Origin: Coleofasciculus chthonoplastes F2-STO-03
GTDB taxonomy: Bacteria; Cyanobacteriota; Cyanobacteriia; Cyanobacteriales; Coleofasciculaceae
Length of the DNA: 52,141 nt
Assembly (NCBI GenBank): GCA_040222015.1
Contig: JAVJWO010000004.1
Location: 1-52,141, forward strand
Direction: 5' to 3'
This document shows, piece after piece, positions 1 to 9,254 of the stretch (position 1 is the first letter of the stretch; the number at the start of each line of letters is the position of its first letter). The notes beneath the pieces are model-generated. The model did no database searches. It was not told the DNA's origin and was given only the letters and a program-made list of their open reading frames with translations. The position numbers were made by a program, and so were the translations under genes.

Positions 1-25
1 GGTTTCGTTCCTCAACCCAACCTAC
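1..25 (-). repeat. Partial GTAG-REP-like palindrome at window edge, identical to 313-337
   Basis: GGTTTCGTTCCTCAACCCAACCTAC recurs at 313-337, followed by TTGCTAG in both places. Confidence 0.8.
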
Positions 26-151
26 TTGCTAGGCGTTTAGAATCTATTCAACAATCAGTCTTTTTAATATATTTGTTCTGGGTGTCGGATGTGCTATAGG
101 AAGCAGAATCTTCAAATTGTTTAAACACGGATAACCCGACATAAACGCTTT

Positions 152-337
152 GTAGGGGCGAGTCGCTGGACTAACGGTAATAGGACAGCCTATTATTGGT
201 GTTGACTCGCCCACTAATCAGTAAGACTTGGCTAGCTTTTGCCCAACCTGACGCGAATCCCATTGGGAGCAGGTCAAGTTTGATATAATGTTCATGCTAA
301 CCTGATACGTTGGGTTTCGTTCCTCAACCCAACCTAC
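152..337. repeat. Composite REP doublet (GTAG...CTAC), related to 46505-46710 and 47847-48053
   Basis: Starts GTAGGGGCGAGTCGCTGGACT...GACTCGCCC like the two later copies; ends with an inverted GTAG palindrome. Confidence 0.75.
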
Positions 338-516
338 TTGCTAGAATCTTAACCCGAATCCTTATGTAATACTTTTAAAGTTGGCGGCTGTGTTTACCTG
401 TCAGACTTTGTTATCGACAGATGAGACAAAATTGTTGGGTGGGAATCCAATTTCTAGTTGACGAAAGTGAAAGGTTATTATAGACACTATCTACTCGTGA
501 ATAGCACTGAAAAATC

Positions 517-1191
517 ATGAGGATTCTGCTGGTTGAGGATGATCAGCGCATTGCCAAAGCGCTGGCAGAAACTCTGCAAGATCGACATTATATTGTTGAT
601 CTGGCGACTGATGGCGAAGCGGGTTGGGATTTCGTCGAAGCATTCAACTATGAACTCATCTTGCTGGATGTGATGCTACCCAAACTTGATGGAATTAGTT
701 TTTGTCAACGCTTGCGACGTTCCGGCAAAATGACCCCGGTGCTGATGCTGACGGCTAAAGACACCAGCAATGATAAGGTGATCGGATTAGATGCGGGTGC
801 GGATGATTATGTGCTCAAACCCTTTGATTTGCCCGAATTAACGGCTCGGATTCGGGCATTACTGCGTCGAGGCAATTCTAGCCTACCCCCCGTGCTGGAG
901 TGGGAACGTCTGAGCCTCGATCCGAATACCTGTCAAGTCACTTATGCTGAACACCCCCTGCATCTGACACCCAAGGAATATGGCTTGCTGGAATTACTGT
1001 TACGAAGTCATGGTCGTGTGCAGAGTCGTAGCGTTATTTTAGAACAGCTTTGGTCTTGGGATGATCCACCCGGAGAAGACGCGGTTAAGGTTCATATTAA
1101 AGACTTACGCAAGAAACTTAGAGCAGTCGGCGCTCCACCTGATTTGATTCAAACCGTTTATGGCATAGGGTATCGGCTGAAGCAACATTAG
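517..1191 (+). CDS. OmpR/PhoB-family response regulator (RppA/NrsR-like group)
   Basis: Receiver motifs LLVEDD, LLDVMLPKLDG, LDAGADDYVLKPF; winged-helix C-terminus IQTVYGIGYRL. Confidence 0.95.
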   Translation: MRILLVEDDQRIAKALAETLQDRHYIVDLATDGEAGWDFVEAFNYELILLDVMLPKLDGISFCQRLRRSGKMTPVLMLTAKDTSNDKVIGLDAGADDYVLKPFDLPELTARIRALLRRGNSSLPPVLEWERLSLDPNTCQVTYAEHPLHLTPKEYGLLELLLRSHGRVQSRSVILEQLWSWDDPPGEDAVKVHIKDLRKKLRAVGAPPDLIQTVYGIGYRLKQH

Positions 1192-1287
1192 CCAGGGGAA
1201 AGACGTATGAGTAGAGAAAATACGGCAAATGAGGGAAATAGGAGACACAATACGGCAAGGGATAGAGGAGCAGAGGGAACCGGGGGT

Positions 1288-1350
1288 GTAGGGGCGGGTT
1301 TTACAGATAACATGCAGGCGCTAAACCGATAAGTTGACTAAACCCGCCCT
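1288..1350 (+). repeat. GTAG-REP-like hairpin GTAGGGGCGGGTTT-loop-AAACCCGCCC
   Basis: Same stem at 1501-1561, 17220-17282, 30458-30520, 30779-30836, 45680-45739. Confidence 0.8.
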
Positions 1351-1500
1351 TGAGGAAGCAGGGGAAGAAGAAATTACATTTATAGCTCGCTCCGAGTAAT
1401 ATTGATAGGAGATAGAAAACATTGGATTCCTTTTTATCAAAATTAGGTCTGAAAATTATTCCCTCGCCGAACGCGAAGCGTCAACCCTCAACACTCAGTC

Positions 1501-1561
1501 AGGGCGGGTTTCGCCAAAAGGTTACCATCAATAAAAAGAAAATCCCTAAACCCGCCCCTAC
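1501..1561 (-). repeat. GTAG-REP-like hairpin (GGGCGGGTTT family)
   Basis: AGGGCGGGTTT...AAACCCGCCCCTAC. Confidence 0.8.
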
Positions 1562-1604
1562 ACCCTCACAATCATTTCATCAATGGTCACGACGGGTCAA
1601 AACC

Positions 1605-2927
1605 ATGCCCTCAGCGATCGCGAAAGCTCAAAATGCTGTCAGTCCCCAGTTTCAAGCCTTGCACTGGCGTCTGTTGGGTTCCTACCTGATGGTTATGGTG
1701 GCAATTCGGGTCATATCCAATGGCGTAGTCTATGAATTTTTTGCCCATAGTCTCTATCAACAACTCGATAACCGTCTGCTCAATTTAGCCCAAGCGGCGG
1801 CTCATAGTTTAGTGGCGATTAAGCAGGATAAAGATGCCGTTGATCAACCAGCTTATCGCCCTTTAGATGGAGATGGTGATCTCGACATTCCCTGGCAGAA
1901 TCTGAGTAAACCGGATCAAGGTGTGGAGTGGTTTGGGGCAGATAAGCAACGATTAGCTATCTCTGGCACCCTTTCGCCAACCTTTCCCCTGCAAGAAGGA
2001 TTCCAGACAGGGGAACAAGGGCAGATTCGTACCTTAACGATTCCCGCGTACAGTTACAGCCAAGGACAACGACAACTCGAAGGTTATGTTCGCGCCAGTG
2101 AATCTACAGAGTCTGTGGAAGCTGTCCTCACCCAGTTACGTTGGGGATCAGGTGTAGCAGGTGTTCTGGCGTTAGGACTGATTGGAGTGGGCGGTATGTG
2201 GCTGACTCGGCAGTCGATGAAGCCCATTGAGCAGAGTTTTCAGCAACTTAAACAGTTTACAGCCGATGCATCTCATGAGTTACGCAGCCCCCTGACGGCG
2301 ATTAAGGCGTCAGTGGAGGTAATGCAGACTCATCCAGAACGGATTCATCCGGCGGATGTGGAGAAGTTGGCTGCGATCGCGTCGGCGACTAGCCAGATGA
2401 GTCGTTTGGTGGAGGATCTCCTGTTACTAGCCCGAACGGATGCGACAACCCCTGCACCAACCCGCGAATGGGCGGTGATTCCCCTTGACGAACTTTTGGA
2501 AGATGTTGAGGAACGTCTCGAACCCAACGCTGAAGCCCAAGACATTACTCTGAAATGTAAACTACAAACGGACATTTTTGTCAAGGGGGATGCCTCTCAA
2601 CTTTTTCGTGTATTTTGTAATCTGCTCGAAAACGCTCTGCAATACACCCCATCCGGAGGTAGAGTTACCCTATCGATGAGTACAGATGAAACCTGGGTGG
2701 TTGTCAGTGTCGAGGATACAGGGATTGGTATCGCCCCAGAACATTTACCCTTGATTTTCGATCGCCTGTGGCGAGCCGATAAAGCCCGAACTCAGCGTCA
2801 GGAGGGTTCTGGGTTAGGTTTAGCGATCGCCCAAGCTATTGCCCAACGTCATGGTGGAGACATTACGGTGAGGAGTAAGTTAGGAGTTGGCAGTTGTTTT
2901 CAGGTGTATCTACCTATATTTTCTTAG
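1605..2927 (+). CDS. Membrane sensor histidine kinase (HisKA + HATPase_c), likely cognate of the upstream regulator
   Basis: Two TM segments, H-box FTADASHELRSP, N-box NLLENALQY, G boxes DTGIGI and GSGLGL. Start moved to ATG 1605 because the ORF-track extension runs through a repeat. Confidence 0.93.
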   Translation: MPSAIAKAQNAVSPQFQALHWRLLGSYLMVMVAIRVISNGVVYEFFAHSLYQQLDNRLLNLAQAAAHSLVAIKQDKDAVDQPAYRPLDGDGDLDIPWQNLSKPDQGVEWFGADKQRLAISGTLSPTFPLQEGFQTGEQGQIRTLTIPAYSYSQGQRQLEGYVRASESTESVEAVLTQLRWGSGVAGVLALGLIGVGGMWLTRQSMKPIEQSFQQLKQFTADASHELRSPLTAIKASVEVMQTHPERIHPADVEKLAAIASATSQMSRLVEDLLLLARTDATTPAPTREWAVIPLDELLEDVEERLEPNAEAQDITLKCKLQTDIFVKGDASQLFRVFCNLLENALQYTPSGGRVTLSMSTDETWVVVSVEDTGIGIAPEHLPLIFDRLWRADKARTQRQEGSGLGLAIAQAIAQRHGGDITVRSKLGVGSCFQVYLPIFS

Positions 2928-2934
2928 GGGTAAA

Positions 2935-3055
2935 CTGTTCGGCATTTAAACCTTAATGTCAATAATGACGAAATCCTTGTAGTGCGTTAAGCGAAGCCAT
3001 GCCGCAGGCTTTGCATCTTGCTCGCTACTAATACCCAATTTAAATGCATGACAGC
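2935..3055. mobile_element. MITE-like element with imperfect terminal inverted repeats, an internal GTAG palindrome and a nested ~25 bp insert
   Basis: CTGTTCGGCATTTAAA...TTTAAATGCATGACAG; second copy at 43584-43679 lacks the insert. Confidence 0.65.
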
Positions 3056-3286
3056 TTAGGCACAACACTGAACACCTCGACCTATTTTTACCCAAAATCA
3101 TGGTCTCGAACCATGTCTTTTTTTTTGAAGTCGGGGAACGGCACAGAAGAACCCCTAATGGTGGTGTGACGGAATACAACTTTTATTTCTTTACCGAATC
3201 TTTACATTTACCGTCTATTTTTTGTACCAAGCCATTCTCAGCGAGTGGCAAGGCTGTTTATACAGAGTATTAAGATACTAGAGATA

Positions 3287-3994
3287 ATGAATTCAAAAGC
3301 TTTAATTGCTGAGTTTATCGGCACGTTTGCCTTAATATTTATTGGCGTTGGTGCGATCGCGACGAACTATATCATTAAAGGTGAAACCGAGGTCGATTTA
3401 GTCGCCATTGCTCTAGCCCACGGCTTGACCATTGCTGTCATGGTTAGCGCTACCGCCGCCATTAGTGGGGGTCATCTCAATCCAGCCGTCACCTTCGGCG
3501 CTTGGTTAGCGGGCAAAATTAATCTCAAAGATGGTTTGGGATATATTATTGTTCAGTGTTTAGGAGCCATCTTTGCTGCCAGTCTGATTAAGCTAGCTAT
3601 ACCCCTAGAGGCACTAGGAGCAATTAAAATGGGTACACCCACACTAGGTAATGGAGAAACTCCAATTATGGGCTTAGTGCTAGAATTTATCCTCACCTTC
3701 TTTCTCGTCTTCGTGGTTTTTGGCACAGCGATGGATAAACGTGCCCCCCAAGTCGGCGGTTTGTTTATTGGGTTAACCGTTACCCTCGATATCCTGGCGG
3801 GTGGACCGATTAGTGGTGCCGCCATGAACCCTGCTCGTTATCTCGGTCCAGCTTTGTTGGGAGGGGGACTCCAGTACATTTGGCTCTATTGGCTTGGTCC
3901 CTTAGCTGGTGGTGGTGCGGCGGCTTTACTGTACCATTACCTGCTCGAAGACCGCAGTCAACGCGCGATCAAGTCTAAGGAGGATGAAAACTAG
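3287..3994 (+). CDS. MIP-family channel (aquaporin)
   Basis: Two NPA motifs (SGGHLNPAVT, AMNPAR), AEFIGTF, six hydrophobic segments. Confidence 0.95.
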   Translation: MNSKALIAEFIGTFALIFIGVGAIATNYIIKGETEVDLVAIALAHGLTIAVMVSATAAISGGHLNPAVTFGAWLAGKINLKDGLGYIIVQCLGAIFAASLIKLAIPLEALGAIKMGTPTLGNGETPIMGLVLEFILTFFLVFVVFGTAMDKRAPQVGGLFIGLTVTLDILAGGPISGAAMNPARYLGPALLGGGLQYIWLYWLGPLAGGGAAALLYHYLLEDRSQRAIKSKEDEN

Positions 3995-4197
3995 GTAATA
4001 ACTCCATCTTGGTGAGAGAAATGATTTGTGAGATGGACAATGCCTAACCAAGATCAACCTTGTAATTGGGGGAGTTGACGACTTTCCCCAACTTTTTTTG
4101 ACAAAACCGTGGTATCCACCCGAGTTCTTTACCTTTTCCACCTAAAGTCTTAACTACAGCCGGAAACGGTGATGGATAACGTCAGAAGTCTCAAGCC

Positions 4198-4503
4198 ATG
4201 GAGGAGGGGATGCCCATGATACGCACCTTTCGTAAATACCACCGCCTAATCGCGATCGCTGCCTGCCTACCTTTAATTCTGACAGTGATTACCGGCATAG
4301 GCTACACCATTTTTGATGAATGGTTCCATCAAGACGAGATCGCCAGGTTTCTGATCCAACTGCATACCCTGAAAATTTTAGGTCTCGAAACCATCTATCC
4401 GTTGTTGAATGGGTTGGGATTAGTGGGGTTGTTAGTTACAGGGTTGAGCATGACGGGTTTATTTAAAAAACGTCCGTCTATTAAAAAAACAGGCAACCCC
4501 TAA
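4198..4503 (+). CDS. Small two-TM PepSY-associated-TM-like membrane protein (start may be 4210 or 4216)
   Basis: RKYHR...LTVITG and QLHT motifs typical of PepSY-TM helices; GAGGAGG upstream of 4210. Confidence 0.75.
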   Translation: MEEGMPMIRTFRKYHRLIAIAACLPLILTVITGIGYTIFDEWFHQDEIARFLIQLHTLKILGLETIYPLLNGLGLVGLLVTGLSMTGLFKKRPSIKKTGNP

Positions 4504-4538
4504 AATCCTGATTCAGTTTCTAACTTATCACTTAAGAC

Positions 4539-4630
4539 GCGCCATGGCACGTCTCTACATAGCGCCATGGCACGTCTCTACATAGCGCCATGGCACGTCT
4601 CTACATAGCGCCATGGCACGTCTCTACATA
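4539..4630. repeat. Four identical tandem 23 bp units GCGCCATGGCACGTCTCTACATA (REP-derived)
   Basis: Direct reading; no spacers; related to GTAGAGACGCGCCATGGCGCGTCT at 32560. Confidence 0.9.
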
Positions 4631-4667
4631 AAAGAGAAAACTATTTGATAACGAGGAGAGTAAAGCG

Positions 4668-5363
4668 ATGAATCTTCAACTCAAAAAAACAGCTAAATTT
4701 GTATCAATTGCCGCCCTAGGAATGTTAGTGTTAGTTGGTTGTACCCAGCAACCCCCAACCGCTACGGTTGAACCGTCAACATCGATGAAAACCCAAGAGG
4801 TTTCTCAGGAAACATCCAGCCCAGATGCAGTGACATTGAAAAACCTCCAAGCTGCCTATAATGGTGAATCCAATGCTCATGCTCGTTATCTAGCCTTTGC
4901 CGAAAAAGCGGAAACAGAGGGCTATCAACAAGTTGCTCGTCTCTTCCAAGCGGCTGCCCAAGCTGAGGCAATACATGCGGCTAATCACGCGGCTGTCATT
5001 CGCAAACTTGGTGCTAAACCGGAAGCAACGATTGAAACGCCAGAGGTTAAATCCACTCGAGAAAATCTGGAAGAAGCCATTAAGGGAGAATCTTATGAGC
5101 GGGATACTATGTATCCGGAGTTCATTGAGCAGGCGAAGCAAAAAGGCAATACAGAAGCCGTTCAAACTTTTACTTATGCAGTACAAGCTGAAACTGAACA
5201 TGCGAAATACTACACTCAAGCCAAAGATAACCTTGAAGATTGGAAAGAAGCTAAAATGGTTTTCTATGTTTGTCCTGAGTGCGGATTTACCACCAATAAT
5301 CTAAACTTTGAAAATTGTCCAGAATGTGGAACTGCAAAAAATTTGTTTGGGGAGATTGTTTAG
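4668..5363 (+). CDS. Rubrerythrin with N-terminal lipoprotein signal peptide and C-terminal rubredoxin-like domain
   Basis: GESNA, EAIHA, GESYE..MYP, ETEHA di-iron motifs; CPECG...CPECG; KK-hydrophobic-LVGC lipobox; GAGGAG RBS. Confidence 0.9.
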   Translation: MNLQLKKTAKFVSIAALGMLVLVGCTQQPPTATVEPSTSMKTQEVSQETSSPDAVTLKNLQAAYNGESNAHARYLAFAEKAETEGYQQVARLFQAAAQAEAIHAANHAAVIRKLGAKPEATIETPEVKSTRENLEEAIKGESYERDTMYPEFIEQAKQKGNTEAVQTFTYAVQAETEHAKYYTQAKDNLEDWKEAKMVFYVCPECGFTTNNLNFENCPECGTAKNLFGEIV

Positions 5364-5505
5364 GGTAATGATTGCCAGCGAATAGTTGGAAGAATTAAAT
5401 TAAGCAATCGGATGCGGTATAGTGGTAGAGGCGCAAAGGTTGTGTCTCTACCTTAAGATTAACCTCACATCATTAGAAATAGCTATCGTAAAGACTGTTT
5501 GACTT

Positions 5506-5958
5506 ATGAATCGTCGAGACTTTCTAACTTGGGTGGGTATTGGTGGCATCGCTAGTTACTTGCCAGTTGCCATGGTTGCTTGTTCGCCAAAAACGGAGGA
5601 ATCAACCTCTACAACTAACTCTACAACTAATACTACTCGTGCGGATGGATTTGAACCTGTGGGTACAGTCGCTCAATTGGATCAAGACGGTGAAATCCTC
5701 AACGAAAAATTTTCAGCTGGTTCAATCTTAGTCGTGCGTGATCCTGGTGACTCGAACACGATTATAGCGGTAAATCCTACCTGTACTCACACAGGCTGTA
5801 CAGTCAAATGGCAAGCCGAGCCAACCGAATTTGTCTGTCCCTGTCATGATTCTAAATTCGCCATCGATGGCACAGTTATTAAAGGACCGGCTAAAGATTC
5901 TTTGGCTGGTTATGAGGTGAAGCAAGAAGATGATTTAATTCTGGTCAAAGCTGGTTAA
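5506..5958 (+). CDS. Small Rieske [2Fe-2S] protein (PetC3-like) with Tat signal and probable lipobox
   Basis: MNRRDFL twin-arginine motif, MVAC, CTHTGC and CPCHDS ligand boxes. Confidence 0.92.
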   Translation: MNRRDFLTWVGIGGIASYLPVAMVACSPKTEESTSTTNSTTNTTRADGFEPVGTVAQLDQDGEILNEKFSAGSILVVRDPGDSNTIIAVNPTCTHTGCTVKWQAEPTEFVCPCHDSKFAIDGTVIKGPAKDSLAGYEVKQEDDLILVKAG

Positions 5959-6153
5959 AATAAGCTTACATACAAAGGCAACTTAGGGTGAGGGCACGAT
6001 AGTATCGTGCCCATACGAATGGTGATTTAAATGTCAGGAAAACCTAGGTTTTCGGAGAGACTAAAATGACGTGTCTGTAGACTGGCGATTGATTCCACGC
6101 TGTCTGAACCTTCGCTCATGTCCGAATATTTGACTTAAGGGTTTTCGCTGTAT

Positions 6154-7308
6154 CTAGCTAACCGAAACCTCCATCAGTTCTTGGAGCAAAGCATTGCTGT
6201 CTTGACTCATTGACGGTTCTGGATGTTTGGCGATAATTACCGGAGTGTCTCCCATTTCACTATCGGGGATAGCTTGGAGAAGGTAAACCTGTTGGGGGTT
6301 CACATTGGCAATCACCTGGGGTGAATGAGTCGCTACAATAAACTGACAGTTGGGGAAAGTGCGAGTCAGTGCTGGTACAATCTCATGTTGCCATTTCGGA
6401 TGCAGGTGGAGTTCAATTTCATCAATCAGAACCACACCACTCCCTTCTAGGGGATTCGCTAACCCCGGATTCGCGATCGCTAATCGTTTGGCTAAATCGG
6501 CGGCGAGTGAGAGTAAACCTTTTTCACCTTCTGATAGTTGATTAACGACTAATTCTCGACCTTGTTTCGTCACTGTCATCCGTAAGGGGGCACGTCGCAC
6601 CCGCAAGTTAGCAAAACCGGGTAACAGACAGGATATCGCTTGTCGGATAGCTTCTAGGAGGATATCGCGGTGTTCAGGATTATCTCGACGCCATTCGTTT
6701 TCTAGATCCTCAAGATCCTTAAACCACTCGAAGAAGCTGCTAAAGTTAATCGACACACCCGTTAGGGCTTGGTCATAAATCGCCAGTTGGTTCGACCAAT
6801 AGTATTTCATTGCTTCTTGGGTAATCTTGTCGCAAAACTGGCGGTTGACGGGATAGTAAACCACTACGGGTAAATTCACATTCAGATTGTTTTGCAACTG
6901 ATTCTTAATTCGCAAACAAATTCCTTCTAATTCTCGAATGTTCCCGCCTCTGGGTCGTCCCTTGGTATTGGATAATGAGAGAAACCAACTGATCTGCCGT
7001 TCCCTCAGGGAAATCGTGATCTCATTTTTGGTTTGATGGGCGTCATTGGCGATATCTTCCTGACTAAAAAAATGTCGCGGAATTTTCCGTTCTTCGGTAA
7101 TGTCCTGTTCGTTAATAAAATGTCCCGTTCCAATCGGATCTTGAAGTTCCGCCACAAAATGGGAAAGCAGGAGTGCGATACAGTCGAGAATACTGGATTT
7201 TCCCGTTCCATTGATCCCCACCAAGACTGTTGGTTCAGTCTCATGGAACTCCAGCGTCAGATCGCCGATGCCACGGAACGAGTTGATTTTCAGGCGCTTG
7301 ACTTTCAT
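6154..7308 (-). CDS. ABC/AAA_21-type ATPase (PtuA-like)
   Basis: INSFRGI, Walker A GINGTGKS, signature LSEGEK, Walker B LIDEIELHLHP, ATHSPQV. Confidence 0.85.
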   Translation of the reverse strand: MKVKRLKINSFRGIGDLTLEFHETEPTVLVGINGTGKSSILDCIALLLSHFVAELQDPIGTGHFINEQDITEERKIPRHFFSQEDIANDAHQTKNEITISLRERQISWFLSLSNTKGRPRGGNIRELEGICLRIKNQLQNNLNVNLPVVVYYPVNRQFCDKITQEAMKYYWSNQLAIYDQALTGVSINFSSFFEWFKDLEDLENEWRRDNPEHRDILLEAIRQAISCLLPGFANLRVRRAPLRMTVTKQGRELVVNQLSEGEKGLLSLAADLAKRLAIANPGLANPLEGSGVVLIDEIELHLHPKWQHEIVPALTRTFPNCQFIVATHSPQVIANVNPQQVYLLQAIPDSEMGDTPVIIAKHPEPSMSQDSNALLQELMEVSVS

Positions 7309-7540
7309 GGCTTATAGTAGGCTGATGGCAATAAAATGACACCGGGATGAAAAAGCAGCAATTGTTATTGATACTGCTGATGATAGTCTGATCGGTTGAG
7401 CTTGTCGGGCAAAAGCCTCATACAATTGATTAAAGAACTCCTAGTTTGGGGTTGTATAAACGTACCCTGACACGTCTAGAACCTAAATGCGTAACCTTTG
7501 AGGAACCGTTAACTGGGGTTACGCCAGCCGACGCCGACGC

Positions 7541-8065
7541 TTAGGGAACAATCCCTAGTGAAGCTTCCCAGAAATAAACGCGATCGCAATATTGAAATCT
7601 GCTCGTACAGATAGCTTCCAGGGAAACATTTTGCGTGTTAGTCACATCCAGCGATACGAAAGCGGGTTCTCCTCCAGGTGAAACGGTTCGAGATTCAGCC
7701 CTTACTCCATCTATATACACATTAACAAGAACGCTGGGACTACCTTGGTCGTTATCGCGCATGCCAAACCCTAATTGCAGCCTCTCAAATGTGACATTCT
7801 CCTGATTGGGTTGCAGCCTACAGGTCAATGATGCTTGAGTATCGCCTGGACCCATATAAAATCGCGATGGGTAAACCGCTTTATTGACGACAACGTTTTC
7901 ACTTCGACGTCTCCAGTTGCCAATACCAGCATCCACACAATTTAGCCTTAGCAGGAAGGTTGAGCGTTCTTGAGCTTGGACAATTTGCTGACTTGGGGCA
8001 GTCAACGCCGCAAATAGAAGTCCACTGGCAATAATTTTCTGAATCAGTTTGCTTTTCATCTGCAT
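7541..8065 (-). CDS. Secreted hypothetical protein, possible NPCBM/NEW2-like beta-sandwich
   Basis: Signal-peptide-like N-terminus ending VQA; FGMRD...VYIDG...SLDVT pattern. Confidence 0.6.
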   Translation of the reverse strand: MQMKSKLIQKIIASGLLFAALTAPSQQIVQAQERSTFLLRLNCVDAGIGNWRRRSENVVVNKAVYPSRFYMGPGDTQASLTCRLQPNQENVTFERLQLGFGMRDNDQGSPSVLVNVYIDGVRAESRTVSPGGEPAFVSLDVTNTQNVSLEAICTSRFQYCDRVYFWEASLGIVP

Positions 8066-8186
8066 TGAGTAGGTCACCCACACCAATAGGTGTCAATACT
8101 ACATCATCCCATGGGCAGAGGTGCAGGGAATAGGAGAGATGGGGAAGCTGAGGAAGATCTTACTTTTCATGGGATCTAAATAGAGT

Positions 8187-9122
8187 TTATTCAAGCAGTG
8201 CTGGTATCACCCCTTGATCAAAGATTTGACCCTTTGTATCAATACCACGAATTAGGATGCGATCGCTATACACTTCATAAGCCGCAAAACTCAGCGTTGA
8301 AGCGGAATAGGCAGTCCATGGCGAACGCCCGACAGGACGAACTCCAGCACCCGCACCACAAATTAAATAGGTTGTCCCATTAATCGGGAGAGTCCGTTCG
8401 TAATGGTGGTCATGACCATTAATATAGAGTTGCACACCGTATTTTTGAAACAAGGGAGTCAGGGTTTCAATAAACCTTTGATTCAATCCGTAGTGACCCG
8501 ATGAATAAATTTGATGATGTCCAAAAACAATCTTCCAGGGTGCATCGCTGCGGCTGAGTTCCTGTTCTAACCAGGGTAACTGACGCTGCCAATCCGCCTT
8601 GGCGTTTGTATCCAGCGCCCAAAATTGGACTGATCCCCGGCGAAAGGTATAGTATCGTCCCTGCATGTTGAAACCCGGATAACGGACTTGGGGATCACCG
8701 TTGGCGGTGCGGATGTCATGGTTCCCCAGACAAGCGTAAAATTTCACGCCATTTTCGAGTAAGGCTTGATAGGGTTTTTCAAAGACTGCCTCTACCTTTT
8801 CAATTTCGCCATTGTTATAAATATTGTCACCTGCCATAATCACCAACTCGTAGGGATTCTGTTGATAATAAGCCGTCATCGCCTTTGCCACCGCATATTG
8901 TCCGGCTGCACCTGTGCCTGTATCCGCAATAGACACAAAGCGTAACAGAGGAGGATGAGTGAAGTCGTTCTGGGTATCCGTTGAGGGTGTTGGTTCAGGA
9001 GTCTGGGAATGGGTATCACTCGTCTGAGTCGTTTGACGGGCGAAGAGATTACTGCCAAGGGCAATTGCCCCGAAACAACTAATACCACTTAAAATCAGAA
9101 ATTGACGGCGTTTGAGGCTCAT
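8187..9122 (-). CDS. Tat-exported calcineurin-like metallophosphoesterase (purple acid phosphatase-like)
   Basis: KRRQFL Tat motif; ADTG, GDNIY, GNHD, GHH, GHDH motifs. Confidence 0.9.
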   Translation of the reverse strand: MSLKRRQFLILSGISCFGAIALGSNLFARQTTQTSDTHSQTPEPTPSTDTQNDFTHPPLLRFVSIADTGTGAAGQYAVAKAMTAYYQQNPYELVIMAGDNIYNNGEIEKVEAVFEKPYQALLENGVKFYACLGNHDIRTANGDPQVRYPGFNMQGRYYTFRRGSVQFWALDTNAKADWQRQLPWLEQELSRSDAPWKIVFGHHQIYSSGHYGLNQRFIETLTPLFQKYGVQLYINGHDHHYERTLPINGTTYLICGAGAGVRPVGRSPWTAYSASTLSFAAYEVYSDRILIRGIDTKGQIFDQGVIPALLE

Positions 9123-9254
9123 AGATCTAGAGCAGTCATGGAGACTGAAGACAAGACGGGCAAAAATGTTAAATTTGTGCTGTAGGAACAGCACTTTGTA
9201 AGAAGAATCTAGCGCATTTTATGCTAATTGGCGTTGCTGGGTAGGGAAATAAAA

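Noticed and set aside
1422..1604. N-terminal extension of the histidine kinase
   Set aside because: TTG start and passes through an intergenic REP hairpin; ATG 1605 is more plausible
4539..4630. Possible CRISPR array
   Set aside because: Units are contiguous with no spacers and no cas genes; it is a REP-derived tandem repeat
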